64,000 nt of DNA from Candidatus Hadarchaeota archaeon (GCA_964399085.1 CAYNPN010000005.1:5328-69327), one strand, 5' to 3'; shown: positions 9,227 through 19,587, counted from the stretch's first letter. Notes: generated by a model not told the origin, from the sequence alone. Numbers and translations: made by a program.

Positions 9227-10741
9227 TCACCAATATTTTCTCGATTTTGATATTGCATTAGTTAGCCTATCTTTTACATCTGACGCCGTGAATTCATGTC
9301 CTATCTCCTCTTTACAAATGTCTCCAGCCGTTCCGCATAAAAATGCTCCTGCCGCGGCGGCTCTAAGGGGATCGGAACCCTGGGAAAGGAAAGTCCCCAC
9401 TACTCCGGACAAAACATCTCCAGTACCTCCAACTGTCATGCCCGGGTTACCGGTATCATTTAAAACTACTTCGCCATTCGGAGCCGCACACATATCAACT
9501 GGATTTTTGAGTAGAATTGTGGAATTCAACTCTTCGGCCGTGATAGAAACCTCTTCAACTTTCTCCTCCCGCTCCTCGGGAAGCTTCGTATTAGCTAATA
9601 TCTGGAATTCGCCGGAATGAGGGGTTAGTAGACAGTTTATCTCCTTTAATATTTCGGGCTCTTCGGAGGCTATTTTCAGGCCGTCTGCGTCCAGTAGTGT
9701 CGGTAAATCCTGCCATTTCTCCGCAATTAGCTCTAAAAAATCAATCACCGCGCTCTTGGTCTTAGATTTCAGTCCGAGACCGGGACCAATAATAAGGCCC
9801 GTAGAATCCTCAAGAAGAGACTCGATCTCAGGAATGGATTTAGGTTCCAAATCCTCCCCTCGAAGTCCGTGAGTGATTAGGTCGGGGGAGAATGAGTTTA
9901 CTATTTCCGCTTTTTTAGCAGGTAAAGCAATCGTCACGAGGTCTACCCCTGATTTCAGAGCTGCCTCTCCTGCCAGAGCGGGGGCCCCAACATACTGGGA
10001 GCCACCTCCAACTATCAATAGCCGTCCATTCTGCCCTTTGTGGGATCCAATCTCCCTAGCCGGGATGGCTGTCTCCACATCTCCCGGCCCAGCCATATTC
10101 TCCGCGGAACTGGGGATACCTATATCCATAGCAACTACTTCACCCGTGTAAATCTCGTCGGCTTCCTTCAAACCGGGTTTAAAATCGTGGAAGGTAACTG
10201 TCAGGTCGCACTTAGTCGCTTTGTCTATGACTTCTCCAGTGGCTGGATCCACGCCGGTAGGAACATCCACAGCAACTTTATGGGCATCAGTCTCATTGAA
10301 ATAATCGACAGCCGAAGATACAGGTTCTCTCAATTCCCCTTTAATTCCTGTCCCCAGCATTGCATCCAAAACGATATCCGGGTCGGCTTCAAACCCTTCC
10401 AAATTTTTGGAATCCCTAATAATATCAATATCCAAATCTCGTTCCATTTGGGCCAAGATATTCCAGTTCTCCTTGGCCGAGGAAGTAGTAATATTTCCAG
10501 GTCTTCCCAAAAGAATGGAAGTAACGGTGAAACCCTCATTAATTAAGCGTCTGGCCGCTACGTGACCGTCTCCCCCATTATTTCCCTTGCCCGCAAAGAC
10601 GAGTACATCTTCCCCAGGCTGCCTCCTTTTACATATTTCTCCGGCAACATTTCCCCCGGCACTTTCCATGAGTAGGCGCCTAGAGACTCCTCGCCAAGCG
10701 GAGTTTGCCTCAAGAGCTCTCATCCTTTCCAAAGTTATCAT
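9227..10741 (-). CDS. nnr: Bifunctional NAD(P)H-hydrate repair enzyme (epimerase/ADP-dependent dehydratase)
   Basis: The YjeF_N half has GKGNNGGDG. The kinase-like half has [14 protein letters not shown] and GTGDVLSG. The start is moved to MITLERM at 10741, because the longer ORF extension runs across the upstream intergenic region into the start of the divergent aminotransferase gene and looks non-coding. Confidence 0.85.
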   Translation of the reverse strand: MITLERMRALEANSAWRGVSRRLLMESAGGNVAGEICKRRQPGEDVLVFAGKGNNGGDGHVAARRLINEGFTVTSILLGRPGNITTSSAKENWNILAQMERDLDIDIIRDSKNLEGFEADPDIVLDAMLGTGIKGELREPVSSAVDYFNETDAHKVAVDVPTGVDPATGEVIDKATKCDLTVTFHDFKPGLKEADEIYTGEVVAMDIGIPSSAENMAGPGDVETAIPAREIGSHKGQNGRLLIVGGGSQYVGAPALAGEAALKSGVDLVTIALPAKKAEIVNSFSPDLITHGLRGEDLEPKSIPEIESLLEDSTGLIIGPGLGLKSKTKSAVIDFLELIAEKWQDLPTLLDADGLKIASEEPEILKEINCLLTPHSGEFQILANTKLPEEREEKVEEVSITAEELNSTILLKNPVDMCAAPNGEVVLNDTGNPGMTVGGTGDVLSGVVGTFLSQGSDPLRAAAAGAFLCGTAGDICKEEIGHEFTASDVKDRLTNAISKSRKYW

Positions 10742-10865
10742 AGTCCCACCGTAGAAAATAGCAATTTTACCTTCTATTAAAAGCTCTGGAAGGTTCAAAA
10801 GAAGATAATTCCGAAAGCGTTTATAGGCACCTATATTTGAATAATCTTGTTGTAATGGTGGAAGA

Positions 10866-12215
10866 GTGAGAGGACGACCAGATTGGGTAGATGAATGGCC
10901 CAAGGTTGAGGGGACCGTGCCGGGGTCCAAAGCAAAAGAAATAATCGAATGGGACGAAAAAATTTTATCTCCCTCCTACACCCGATCTGAACCCTTAGTC
11001 GGAAAGGAGGGGTGGGGATCTTATGTTCGGGATGTCGATGAAAACGTATTTCTCGATCTCTCGTCCGGAATGTTTGTCGTAAACTATGGATATTCAAATC
11101 CATATATTGTGGAAAGAATTGAGCAACAAGTGGACAAGCTCGCACACTTCGCTGGAACTCATTACTATCACGAAATACAGCTGGAGCTTGCTGAAAAACT
11201 TATCGATATAGCTCCCGGGCAAATGGACAAACAGGTTTTCTTCGCGAACTCCGGAGCTGAATCGGTTGAAGCTGCCTTCAAGCTGGCCCGATGGCATACT
11301 AGGCGACCCAGAATGTTATCGTACAGAGGAGCATTTCATGGTAGGACTTTCGGCTCTCAAAGCCTTTCTTCTGGGAAAGCTCAACATAGAAAATTCTTTG
11401 CTCCAATGGTACCCGGAGTCAGTTTTATGCCCTATCCCAACTGCTACCGCTGTTCCTTCAATGAAGAATATCCGGGTTGTGATTTCTCGTGTGTCGAATA
11501 TATCCGGGACTCCCTCAAAAAGGACGTTCCGCCCGAAGAAGTGGCCGGAATAATAGTGGAGCCTATCCAGGGGAATTCCGGATACATTACCCCTCCCCCA
11601 GAATATTATCCTATGATAAAAGAAATGTGCGAAGAAAATGATTGGCTTTTCATATCGGATGAGATTCAAGCAGGACTGGGTCGGACTGGTGAGATGTTTG
11701 CTATCGAACACTGGGGAGTAGAGCCTGACGTTGTCACCACAGCAAAAGCCCTATCCGGAGGAATCGTCCCGATAGGAGCCATGGTTGCAGATGAAGAGAT
11801 TATGGACTGGGAAAGTGACTCTCACGCAAGTACCTTCGGAGGCAATATCCTCGCCTGTATATCTGCTCTAGCCGGACTAGAATATCTTGAGAAAGAAAAC
11901 TTGGTAGAAGAAGCTGAAGAAAAGGGTAAATTCCTCGAGAAGAGATTGAACGAAATGCGAGAGGATCATCCTATGATTGGCGATGTCCGAGGAAAGGGTC
12001 TTCTTCGGGGGGTGGAGTTAATCAAAGACCCGGAAACAAAGGAACCGGCATCCGAAGAAATGGAAGAACTGATTCAGGAAACCCTAAACAGAGGAGTAAT
12101 TATATTCTCAGGAGGTCGCTCGACAATAAGATTGGCTCCACCTTTAATTATTTCAAAGGAAGAATTAGGAAAAGGATTAGATTTAATGGGTGAGGCATTA
12201 TCTGAGGTCGAATAG
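10866..12215 (+). CDS. Class-III (acetylornithine/succinyl-DAP type) PLP aminotransferase
   Basis: SGAESVEAAFKLAR, DEIQAGLGRTG and TTAKALSGG (PLP lysine) are present. The start is GTG. The gene sits directly upstream of lysA. Confidence 0.8.
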   Translation: MRGRPDWVDEWPKVEGTVPGSKAKEIIEWDEKILSPSYTRSEPLVGKEGWGSYVRDVDENVFLDLSSGMFVVNYGYSNPYIVERIEQQVDKLAHFAGTHYYHEIQLELAEKLIDIAPGQMDKQVFFANSGAESVEAAFKLARWHTRRPRMLSYRGAFHGRTFGSQSLSSGKAQHRKFFAPMVPGVSFMPYPNCYRCSFNEEYPGCDFSCVEYIRDSLKKDVPPEEVAGIIVEPIQGNSGYITPPPEYYPMIKEMCEENDWLFISDEIQAGLGRTGEMFAIEHWGVEPDVVTTAKALSGGIVPIGAMVADEEIMDWESDSHASTFGGNILACISALAGLEYLEKENLVEEAEEKGKFLEKRLNEMREDHPMIGDVRGKGLLRGVELIKDPETKEPASEEMEELIQETLNRGVIIFSGGRSTIRLAPPLIISKEELGKGLDLMGEALSEVE

Positions 12216-12217
12216 CA

Positions 12218-13525
12218 ATGCTCAAGCCTCATCACGGTATAAACGGCCGCGGAGAATTGCTAATCGGAGATATAAGCGCTGTAAAGTTAGCTGAAGAATT
12301 TGGCACTCCTCTCTATGTAACCGATGAACAGAGAATTCGACGAAATTATCGACGATTTTACGAAGCTTTTGAAGAAAGGTGGGAGGATGTTTCATTATGG
12401 TATGCTTACAAGGCCAACTCCAATCTAGCCGTCTGTAAAATTCTCCAAGGTATGGGATGTGGAGCAGAAGTCGGTTCTCTCTGTGAACTAAAAATCGCTC
12501 TGAAGGTAGGTACTCCTGGAGAAGAAATAATACTTAATGGAAATAACAAATCCGAAGCCGAGCTAAAACTAGCAATTGAGAATAATGTTCTCATAAATGT
12601 CGACAATCTGAAAGAATTGGAGATTGTAAACAATATCGCGGGGGGAAAAGGAAAAAATGCTAGGGTCGGATTTAGAGTAAATCCCAATGTCAAGGCTCCA
12701 ACTCATCCTCACATCTCAACCGGGCTCCGAGAAGATAAATTCGGAATCGAAGTAGAGAGTGGGAAGGCACTGAAGGCTTACGAAATGGCGTCAGATCTAA
12801 AAAATGTCGTTGTGGAAGGTATTCATTCGCACATTGGTTCTCAAATCCTCGACCCTGATCCATTTGCTGAGCAGGCCAGGAAAACCCTGGAATTGAGAGG
12901 AGAAATTAAAGAGAAAGTTGGCGTGGAAATTGAAATCGTGGATCTGGGAGGAGGGCTTGGTATTCCCTATGAACCCGGAGAAGAGGAGCTTCCTCCAGAA
13001 AAATACGCAAAAAGTATCGTCTCTACAATGGAGGAAATCATTCAATCTCAAGAGATTTCCAAACCCAAGCTGGTACTCGAGCCGGGAAGATTTGTGATAT
13101 CCGATTCGAGTTTACTCTTAGGAAGAGTAGGGCATGTTAAAGAAAAGGAAGGAATGCCCGATTGGATATCAATAGATGCCGGAATGAACGCGCTAGTAAG
13201 ACCTGCCCTTTACGGTGCATACCACCACATAGAGGCGGCAAACAAAATAAATGAGGAAAAAACCGAGACCGTTAATGTAGCTGGTCCACTATGTGAATCC
13301 GGCGACTATCTCGGAAAAGGGAGGGAACTACCTCCTGTAGAAAGGGGGGATTTATTGGCAGTCTACGATGTTGGCGCATACGGTCTATCCATGTCGAGTA
13401 ACCACACCGCAAACACTAGGCCCGCCATGGTAATGGTCAACTCGGGTGACGTGGAAATCGTGAGGGACAGGGAGACTTGCGAGGACCTTACTAGATTGGA
13501 TAATATTCCGAGTTGGTTAAAATGA
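12218..13525 (+). CDS. lysA: Diaminopimelate decarboxylase
   Basis: YAYKANSN (PLP Lys), GGGLGIPY and CESGDYL are present. The length is typical for LysA. Confidence 0.9.
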   Translation: MLKPHHGINGRGELLIGDISAVKLAEEFGTPLYVTDEQRIRRNYRRFYEAFEERWEDVSLWYAYKANSNLAVCKILQGMGCGAEVGSLCELKIALKVGTPGEEIILNGNNKSEAELKLAIENNVLINVDNLKELEIVNNIAGGKGKNARVGFRVNPNVKAPTHPHISTGLREDKFGIEVESGKALKAYEMASDLKNVVVEGIHSHIGSQILDPDPFAEQARKTLELRGEIKEKVGVEIEIVDLGGGLGIPYEPGEEELPPEKYAKSIVSTMEEIIQSQEISKPKLVLEPGRFVISDSSLLLGRVGHVKEKEGMPDWISIDAGMNALVRPALYGAYHHIEAANKINEEKTETVNVAGPLCESGDYLGKGRELPPVERGDLLAVYDVGAYGLSMSSNHTANTRPAMVMVNSGDVEIVRDRETCEDLTRLDNIPSWLK

Positions 13526-14757
13526 GACGAATCGTCGCCAAGTTCGGAGGAACTAGCCTTGAAAATGGGGAACTGGTTAGAAAGGCAGCCAAATCCGTGA
13601 AAAAGGAGTTAGATAAAGACGACACGGAGATAGCGGTGGTAGTTTCCGCAATGGGAGGAACAACCGATACCTTGATCGAAACTGCGGAGAAGGGGACTCA
13701 AGGTAATATCTCCGAAGAGGACATGGACTCAATAATGGCTATGGGGGAAAAAATAAGCGCCAGGATATTTGGTTCCGCGCTTCGCTCTCTCGGCGTCAAG
13801 GCCGAGCCTATTACCCCTGAAGATCCCAAATGGCCGATAATCACAGATAGTACGGCCGGGGAAGCAATCCCCAATCTAAAGGAAACTCAGGAATTAATCG
13901 ACAGAAATATCAAACCACTAATGGAAGAAGGGGCAGTCCCTGTAATTTGTGGTTTTCTGGGAAAGGATGAAGATGGAACCGTTACTACCTTGGGTCGGGG
14001 GGGCAGTGATATTACAGCTTTTCTCGTAGGGAAATGCCTCGATGCGACCGAAGTGGTCCTGGTTACGGATGTCGAAGGAGTAATGAGCGCGGACCCTCGG
14101 AATATAGGAAACCCGAAACTACTGGACAAAGTCCATGCCGAAGAGCTCTGCGACCTGGCCAGATACGGTGCCAGAATAGTTAAGCACAACGCCCTTCATT
14201 ACAAAGACCCAGAAATAAACGCAAAAGTTATACACTTCCGACATGGAGACCTTTCTAAGGAGGGGACGATTATAGAAGGTTCAACTGCCGAAGCTGAGGA
14301 AGCTAACGTAGAACTATATCCTGAACCTCTCGCAATGTTGACCGTCGTAGGGGAGGGGATGCAAGACACTCCTGGGGTACTAGTCCAAGCTCTTGACCCT
14401 CTTGGAGATTCGGAAATAAACATATATGGTGTATCGATAGGACCTCGTTCTTTTTCTGTCTACGTAACTGAGGAAGAGTCGGAAAATGCAATCAAAATCA
14501 TTCATGAGTCCGTCGATGAAAGTAACGTAATGAAATCGACCACCAGCCGAGAGGGAGTTGCTATGATAGTCACGGAAAGTGAGAAATTCATAGATACTCC
14601 CGGAATAATTTCTAAGCTATCCAATCCGTTGGCCGAGGAAGGGATTAATGTCACTGAAATCTACTCAAGTCAGGCTTCAATTAGCTTTTTCGTAAACTGG
14701 GAGGACAGAGAGGAGGCATTCAACCTCTTAAAGACAACTATAGAGGAGGTGATTTAA
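13522..14757 (+). CDS. lysC: Aspartate kinase
   Basis: KFGGTSL is at the N-terminus and ACT-like repeats at the C-terminus. The ATG at 13522 overlaps the lysA stop (ATGA). Confidence 0.9.
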   Translation: MRRIVAKFGGTSLENGELVRKAAKSVKKELDKDDTEIAVVVSAMGGTTDTLIETAEKGTQGNISEEDMDSIMAMGEKISARIFGSALRSLGVKAEPITPEDPKWPIITDSTAGEAIPNLKETQELIDRNIKPLMEEGAVPVICGFLGKDEDGTVTTLGRGGSDITAFLVGKCLDATEVVLVTDVEGVMSADPRNIGNPKLLDKVHAEELCDLARYGARIVKHNALHYKDPEINAKVIHFRHGDLSKEGTIIEGSTAEAEEANVELYPEPLAMLTVVGEGMQDTPGVLVQALDPLGDSEINIYGVSIGPRSFSVYVTEEESENAIKIIHESVDESNVMKSTTSREGVAMIVTESEKFIDTPGIISKLSNPLAEEGINVTEIYSSQASISFFVNWEDREEAFNLLKTTIEEVI

Positions 14758-15638
14758 TGACATTTGAGGGAGCATTTACCGCGCTAATCACTCCTTTTGA
14801 TGAGGAAAGTAATTTTGACGAAGAAGGTTATCGCGAAAATATTAGAGCTCAGATTGAAGGGAGGATAGATGGAATAGTGCCAGTCGGCACCACCGGGGAA
14901 TGTGCGACCCTCTCCCACGAAGAACATCAAAAAGTGGTAGAGGTCGCGGTCGACGAAGCAGATGGGGAAGTACCGGTCATCGCAGGTACGGGAAGCAACA
15001 GCACACGAGAAGCTCTGGAACTCACCGAACACGCCGCGGAAGTGGGTGCTGATGGAGTTCTGCTTGTTGGGCCCTACTATAATAAGCCCACCCAGGAAGG
15101 ACTCTATGAGCATTATAAGACACTTGCAGAGGAAGTCAATATACCCCAAGTAGTATATAACGTTCCTTCCAGAACCGGGCGAAATATAGATGCCGAGACT
15201 GTCGTCAGATTATCGGGTTTTGAAAATGTCGTGGCAGTTAAGTGGGCAAGTAGCGACATTAATCAGGCCATGAAAATAGTAGAAAATACGGGGGAGAATT
15301 TTAGTGTATTATCGGGTGACGATAGACTTACATTACCTCTCTTAGGGATTGGAGGAGTAGGCGCTGTTTCCGTTGCCTCCAATCTCATTCCGGGAAAAAT
15401 TTCAGAATTAATCAGTTTATATCTTGATGGGGATATTAAAGCTTCTAGGGAATTACACTATCGTCTGCTGCCCCTCTTCAGGGCAATATTTATCGAGACT
15501 AATCCCGGGCCGGTAAAAGCTGCAATGGATATGATAGGTCGAAATGCCGGAAATATAAGGATGCCTCTGGTAGAAGTCCAGGACGATACCAAAAAGGAGC
15601 TTCGAAGAGTCCTAAAAAATCTTGACCTAATATCCTAA
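14757..15638 (+). CDS. dapA: 4-hydroxy-tetrahydrodipicolinate synthase
   Basis: GTTGE, YNVPSRTG and VAVKWAS (Schiff-base Lys region) are present. There is a 1-nt TAATG overlap with lysC. Confidence 0.9.
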   Translation: MTFEGAFTALITPFDEESNFDEEGYRENIRAQIEGRIDGIVPVGTTGECATLSHEEHQKVVEVAVDEADGEVPVIAGTGSNSTREALELTEHAAEVGADGVLLVGPYYNKPTQEGLYEHYKTLAEEVNIPQVVYNVPSRTGRNIDAETVVRLSGFENVVAVKWASSDINQAMKIVENTGENFSVLSGDDRLTLPLLGIGGVGAVSVASNLIPGKISELISLYLDGDIKASRELHYRLLPLFRAIFIETNPGPVKAAMDMIGRNAGNIRMPLVEVQDDTKKELRRVLKNLDLIS

Positions 15639-15645
15639 CTGAGTT

Positions 15646-16086
15646 CTAAACCCCGGTAGAACCGAAGCCACCTTCTCCTCTCTCGGTTTCATCCAAGGAC
15701 CCTTCTCTAATTTCGGGATGCTCGACACGAGCAAAAACTATCTGAGCGATCCGATCACCTTTTTGAAAATCCACGTCATCGCCCAACAAATTGGCCAAAA
15801 TGACCCCAATCTCACCCCTGTATCCAGGATCGATAGTTCCGGGAGAATTCAATACCGAGATTCCGGATAGGGAGAGCCCACTCCGGGGACGGATTTGAGC
15901 CTCTATGTCAGGAGGGAGTTTCACCCTCAATCCGGTCCCCACTGTCTCCACCTCTCCTACTTCTATCTTTACTTCTTCATTTGAGAAAAGATCGTATCCA
16001 ACATCATTCTCATGCTGTCTCTCGGGTAGTCTTGCATCTTCATCCATTTTTTCGAAAATGACCTTCCTGTCAACCATCTGCCTCAT
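15646..16086 (-). CDS. dut: dUTP diphosphatase (trimeric dUTPase)
   Basis: GYDL, RPRSG, GTIDPGYRGE, RIAQ and GGFGSTG motifs are present. Confidence 0.9.
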   Translation of the reverse strand: MRQMVDRKVIFEKMDEDARLPERQHENDVGYDLFSNEEVKIEVGEVETVGTGLRVKLPPDIEAQIRPRSGLSLSGISVLNSPGTIDPGYRGEIGVILANLLGDDVDFQKGDRIAQIVFARVEHPEIREGSLDETERGEGGFGSTGV

Positions 16087-16250
16087 ACCTCGCTAATTTC
16101 ATATTAATCCAAACTCCTTCTATTCTTCATTTCTCACGCCTTGAAAAATTATACCTCAATTCCAGGATTTTGGGAGTCCGCCTATCCGGGTCCCCGATTT
16201 ACTCTCGCAATTTTTTTAGGGTATACAGAACACCAAAGAAGAGTGGTAAT

Positions 16251-17078
16251 ATGATTGAAGTAGCAGTATGTGGTGCCTGCGGACGTATGGGTAAGAGGAT
16301 AGTGAACACCGTAACTGAAAAAGACGGTATGGAAATAGTAGCGGGCATAGACAGGCCGGAGACTCCCGAATCCGGAAAAGATATCGGGGAAATAGTTGGA
16401 CTGGGAAAATTAGATGTCGAAGTAGTTGGGGCCGGATCTATCGATGAAAAACTGGATGAGACTGACCCGGATGTCTTGGTCGACTTCACCGTCGCAGAAG
16501 CCGCTGTAAATAATGTGAAAGCAGCGGCGGATGCCGGAGTTTCAGTCGTGGTCGGCACGACCGGCTTCTCAGAAGAGCAAAGAAACGAAATGGAAACTGC
16601 CATAGGGGATGCCGAAATTCCCGCGGTGATAGCTCCAAATATGTCCCTCGGAGTTAATGTTTTCTTTAAATTGATCAGAGAGGTCGCCAGCACGCTGGAG
16701 GACTACGACATGGAACTAGTGGAATCTCACCACAACAAAAAGGTAGACGCTCCCAGCGGAACGGCTCTGACCGCCGCCAAAATAGCCGCAGAGGCCTCCG
16801 GAAAGAACTTCGATAAAGCAGCAAAGTTCGGGCGGGAGAAAGGCCATCACGGGGAGAGATCTGAGGATGAAATCGGAATCCACTCCATAAGGGCCGGGGA
16901 CATCGCTGGAGATCACAACTTCATATTCGCGGGGCCAAGTGAAAGGCTCGAATTGGTGCACAGGGCCCAAAGCAGACAAGCCTTTGTCAGCGGCGTCATC
17001 AAGGCAATTAGGTATATCGTGGACGAAGGAGAGCCGGGCGAAATCCAAGATATGCAGGATATTTTGTTTGAAGAGTGA
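16251..17078 (+). CDS. dapB: 4-hydroxy-tetrahydrodipicolinate reductase
   Basis: The N-terminal Rossmann motif is VAVCGACGRMGKR, followed by ESHHNKKVDAPSGTA. The start is set at the ATG at 16251 (MIEVAV) rather than the ORF-track start. Confidence 0.9.
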   Translation: MIEVAVCGACGRMGKRIVNTVTEKDGMEIVAGIDRPETPESGKDIGEIVGLGKLDVEVVGAGSIDEKLDETDPDVLVDFTVAEAAVNNVKAAADAGVSVVVGTTGFSEEQRNEMETAIGDAEIPAVIAPNMSLGVNVFFKLIREVASTLEDYDMELVESHHNKKVDAPSGTALTAAKIAAEASGKNFDKAAKFGREKGHHGERSEDEIGIHSIRAGDIAGDHNFIFAGPSERLELVHRAQSRQAFVSGVIKAIRYIVDEGEPGEIQDMQDILFEE

Positions 17079-17170
17079 ATTGCACGGAAAGTTTAGTCCG
17101 AGCAAGAAAGGCAGGGCTTGAACTTAAAATAGTGGAAAATAAAGATTTGATAGACTTGGGTGATTAGGAA

Positions 17171-18235
17171 ATGAATAAAATACCCGTAGGAATTTTGGGA
17201 GCTACTGGCATGGTCGGGCAAAGGTTTATACAACAGCTGGCCGATCATCCGTGGTTCGAAATCGATGCGCTGACTGCCTCTGAGGAATCCGCGGGGAAAA
17301 GATATGCTGAGGCTGCCAAGTGGTACCTTTACCCTCCCATGCCCGACGAGGTTAAGGACCTAAAAGTGGAATCTACTGATGTGGAAAGCGTCGAGGATTC
17401 CGAGATAGTTTTCTCCGCACTTCCCTCCGGCATTGCCGAAGAAGTTGAGCCGAAAATGGCGGAAGCGGGGAAAATCGTAGCATCCAACGCAAGCTCATAC
17501 CGCATGGAATCGGATGTCCCTCTGATGATTCCCGAAATAAATCCGGACCATCTAAAGATTCTGGATTACCAGAGAGAAAATCGGGGATGGGATGGAGCGA
17601 TTGTAACTAATCCCAACTGCACTACGATAATACTGCTCCTCGCCTTAAAACCGCTTATAGATGAGAAAGGAGTTTCAAGAGCGTTCGTTTCGACAATGCA
17701 GGCCCTATCGGGCGCAGGCTATGGGGGAGTGAAATCAATGGAGATAGAGGACAACTTAATTCCGTATATACCTAAGGAAGAGTGGAAAACCGAAAACGAG
17801 CCCCGAAAGATATTGGGTGAATACGAGGACGGAGAGATAAAAAATACCGACATTTCGATTAGCGCCAGCTGCAATAGGGTTGCGGTTCTGGACGGCCATA
17901 GCGAATCCGTGTTCTTGGAGATGGAAGACGATTCCTCTCCGAGCAAAGTTAAGAAAATAATGTCTGGATTCAAAGCGGAGCCTCAAGAGCTAGACCTGCC
18001 GACCGCACCCGAACAACCTATTGTAATTGAAGAGGAACCCGACAAACCACAACCGAGATCGGCTCGTCACGCGGGGAGCGTTCCCGGAATGGCAGTGGCC
18101 GTGGGCAGAATTCGAGAGGATCCCGTTTTTGAGAACGGAATTCGTTTCCTCATATCGGGGAACAATGCAATCCGGGGAGCCGCAGGAGCATCCGTCCTAA
18201 ACGCTGAAATCATGAAGGCCAAGAATCTTCTCTAA
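17171..18235 (+). CDS. asd: Aspartate-semialdehyde dehydrogenase
   Basis: GATGMVGQRF and NPNCTT (active-site Cys) are present, with archaeal-type length. Confidence 0.9.
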   Translation: MNKIPVGILGATGMVGQRFIQQLADHPWFEIDALTASEESAGKRYAEAAKWYLYPPMPDEVKDLKVESTDVESVEDSEIVFSALPSGIAEEVEPKMAEAGKIVASNASSYRMESDVPLMIPEINPDHLKILDYQRENRGWDGAIVTNPNCTTIILLLALKPLIDEKGVSRAFVSTMQALSGAGYGGVKSMEIEDNLIPYIPKEEWKTENEPRKILGEYEDGEIKNTDISISASCNRVAVLDGHSESVFLEMEDDSSPSKVKKIMSGFKAEPQELDLPTAPEQPIVIEEEPDKPQPRSARHAGSVPGMAVAVGRIREDPVFENGIRFLISGNNAIRGAAGASVLNAEIMKAKNLL

Positions 18236-18297
18236 AAAACTCTCGGACCTCTCGTTAATTTTTTATTTTATTAATTGGTCGGTTTCAATGATGTTCT

Positions 18298-18888
18298 ATG
18301 AATGAGAAGAATCTCGAAAGAAATCTTACGCTTTTTGGGGCAAGCGGTCCCGAAAACACCGAAAATTGTTTTCGTCTCGTAGCCGAAAGGGTAGAAAATT
18401 TGGACGTTGATCACTTGGTCGTGGCTTCGACATCGGGAGAAACGGGAGGCAAGGCCGTGAAATATTTCGAAGACATAGACGTCCACGTAGTCGTGGTCAG
18501 TCACCAATTTGGATACGCCGAGGACGGGAAAATAGAGCTTGAAGACGAATACAGAGATTCCATCGAGAACTCCGATAACGCATCACTTGTCGTGACTCCC
18601 GACGTTCTGACGAGGGTCCCCAAAATCGTGAGGGGGAAATATGGAGGATTCAGCAATCTGGATTTAATCGCGGATACGCTCAGACTGTTCAGTCAGGGTA
18701 TGAAGGTCTGTATCGAATGCGTGATACAGGCGGCCGACTCCGGAAATATTCCCGTGGACGGGGAGGTCGCCGCAATAGCCGGAACCGTGAGCGGGGCCGA
18801 CACCGGAATTATCCTGGAGAGTCAACACTCTCACAAGTTATTCGACATCGACATTCGGGAGATAATCTGCATGCCTCGAGAGGGGTAA
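18298..18888 (+). CDS. Pyruvate kinase C-terminal (alpha/beta) domain-like protein
   Basis: HLVVASTSGETGGKAVKYF resembles stand-alone PK_C-like proteins common in archaea. Function is unknown. Confidence 0.6.
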   Translation: MNEKNLERNLTLFGASGPENTENCFRLVAERVENLDVDHLVVASTSGETGGKAVKYFEDIDVHVVVVSHQFGYAEDGKIELEDEYRDSIENSDNASLVVTPDVLTRVPKIVRGKYGGFSNLDLIADTLRLFSQGMKVCIECVIQAADSGNIPVDGEVAAIAGTVSGADTGIILESQHSHKLFDIDIREIICMPREG

Positions 18889-18920
18889 GCGATACCTTGT
18901 TGCCTATAGGAAAAAGGCAG

Positions 18921-19025
18921 TAGCGGGGCGAGGAGTTTCATAGAGTGAGAAATACTCACCCCATTTTGAACCTCGGTCCTCCGGGTTATGAGCCCGGCGG
19001 GCACTCCAGACTGCCCTACCCCGCT
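18921..19025 (-). tRNA. Initiator-type tRNA-Met (CAT) with a 30-nt intron in the T-loop
   Basis: Hand-folded cloverleaf. Acceptor AGCGGGG/CCCCGCT with A1:U72. D stem GGGC/GCCC. Anticodon arm CCGGG-CTCATAA-CCCGG, giving three G:C pairs. T stem CGAGG/CCTCG encloses 37 nt instead of 7. No CCA is encoded. Confidence 0.85.
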
Positions 19026-19185
19026 ACTATTCAATACTCTTCATATCCGACCTACTTTAAGAGTTTCCATGTTCAGCCCGGATATTGGGAATTTATTCGA
19101 TTAATTTGGAATAATGGGAGTTAAACAGAGATTAATATCACAAATATTATTTATCATCCAACATATAACAGCGTTATGAATTAAT

Positions 19186-19587
19186 ATGAAACCCCCCTGC
19201 GAAATAGTTGTCAAAAAAATTTTGCCGGCAATTAGATCAATTCTAGTCAGGGATCTGAGGGAAAGGCACGAGCTGAGTCAGACCAAAATTGCCGACTATC
19301 TGGGTATAACTCAGCCGGCAGTGAGCCAATATTTGAGTTCCGCGAGAGGATCCAGTAAAGTTGAAGAAAACCTCAAAAAGACTGGAATATACTCCGAACT
19401 AAAGAACCTCTCGGACAAAATAGCCGGGGGAGATACCAAGAAATCGAAAATAATCAAAAAATATTGCAAAATATGCAATTCGATGGGGGAGGAAGAGATA
19501 CTCTGCATATTCCATACGGAAAGCGAGCCCTATCTAAGCGAAGAGGAATGTAAGCTTTGCCTCAAAACTAGGGGTAGAGGATATTAG
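19186..19587 (+). CDS. HTH transcriptional regulator (COG2522-like) with a C-terminal cysteine pair motif
   Basis: ELSQTKIADYLGITQPAVSQYL is an XRE-type HTH. CKICN...CKLC lies near the C-terminus. Confidence 0.65.
   Translation: MKPPCEIVVKKILPAIRSILVRDLRERHELSQTKIADYLGITQPAVSQYLSSARGSSKVEENLKKTGIYSELKNLSDKIAGGDTKKSKIIKKYCKICNSMGEEEILCIFHTESEPYLSEEECKLCLKTRGRGY

Noticed and set aside
18717-19034. 68-aa (+) and 67-aa (-) ORFs near 18.7-19.0 kb
   Set aside because: One is out of frame within the PK_C-like gene. The other overlaps the tRNA-Met gene. Neither shows protein-like composition.
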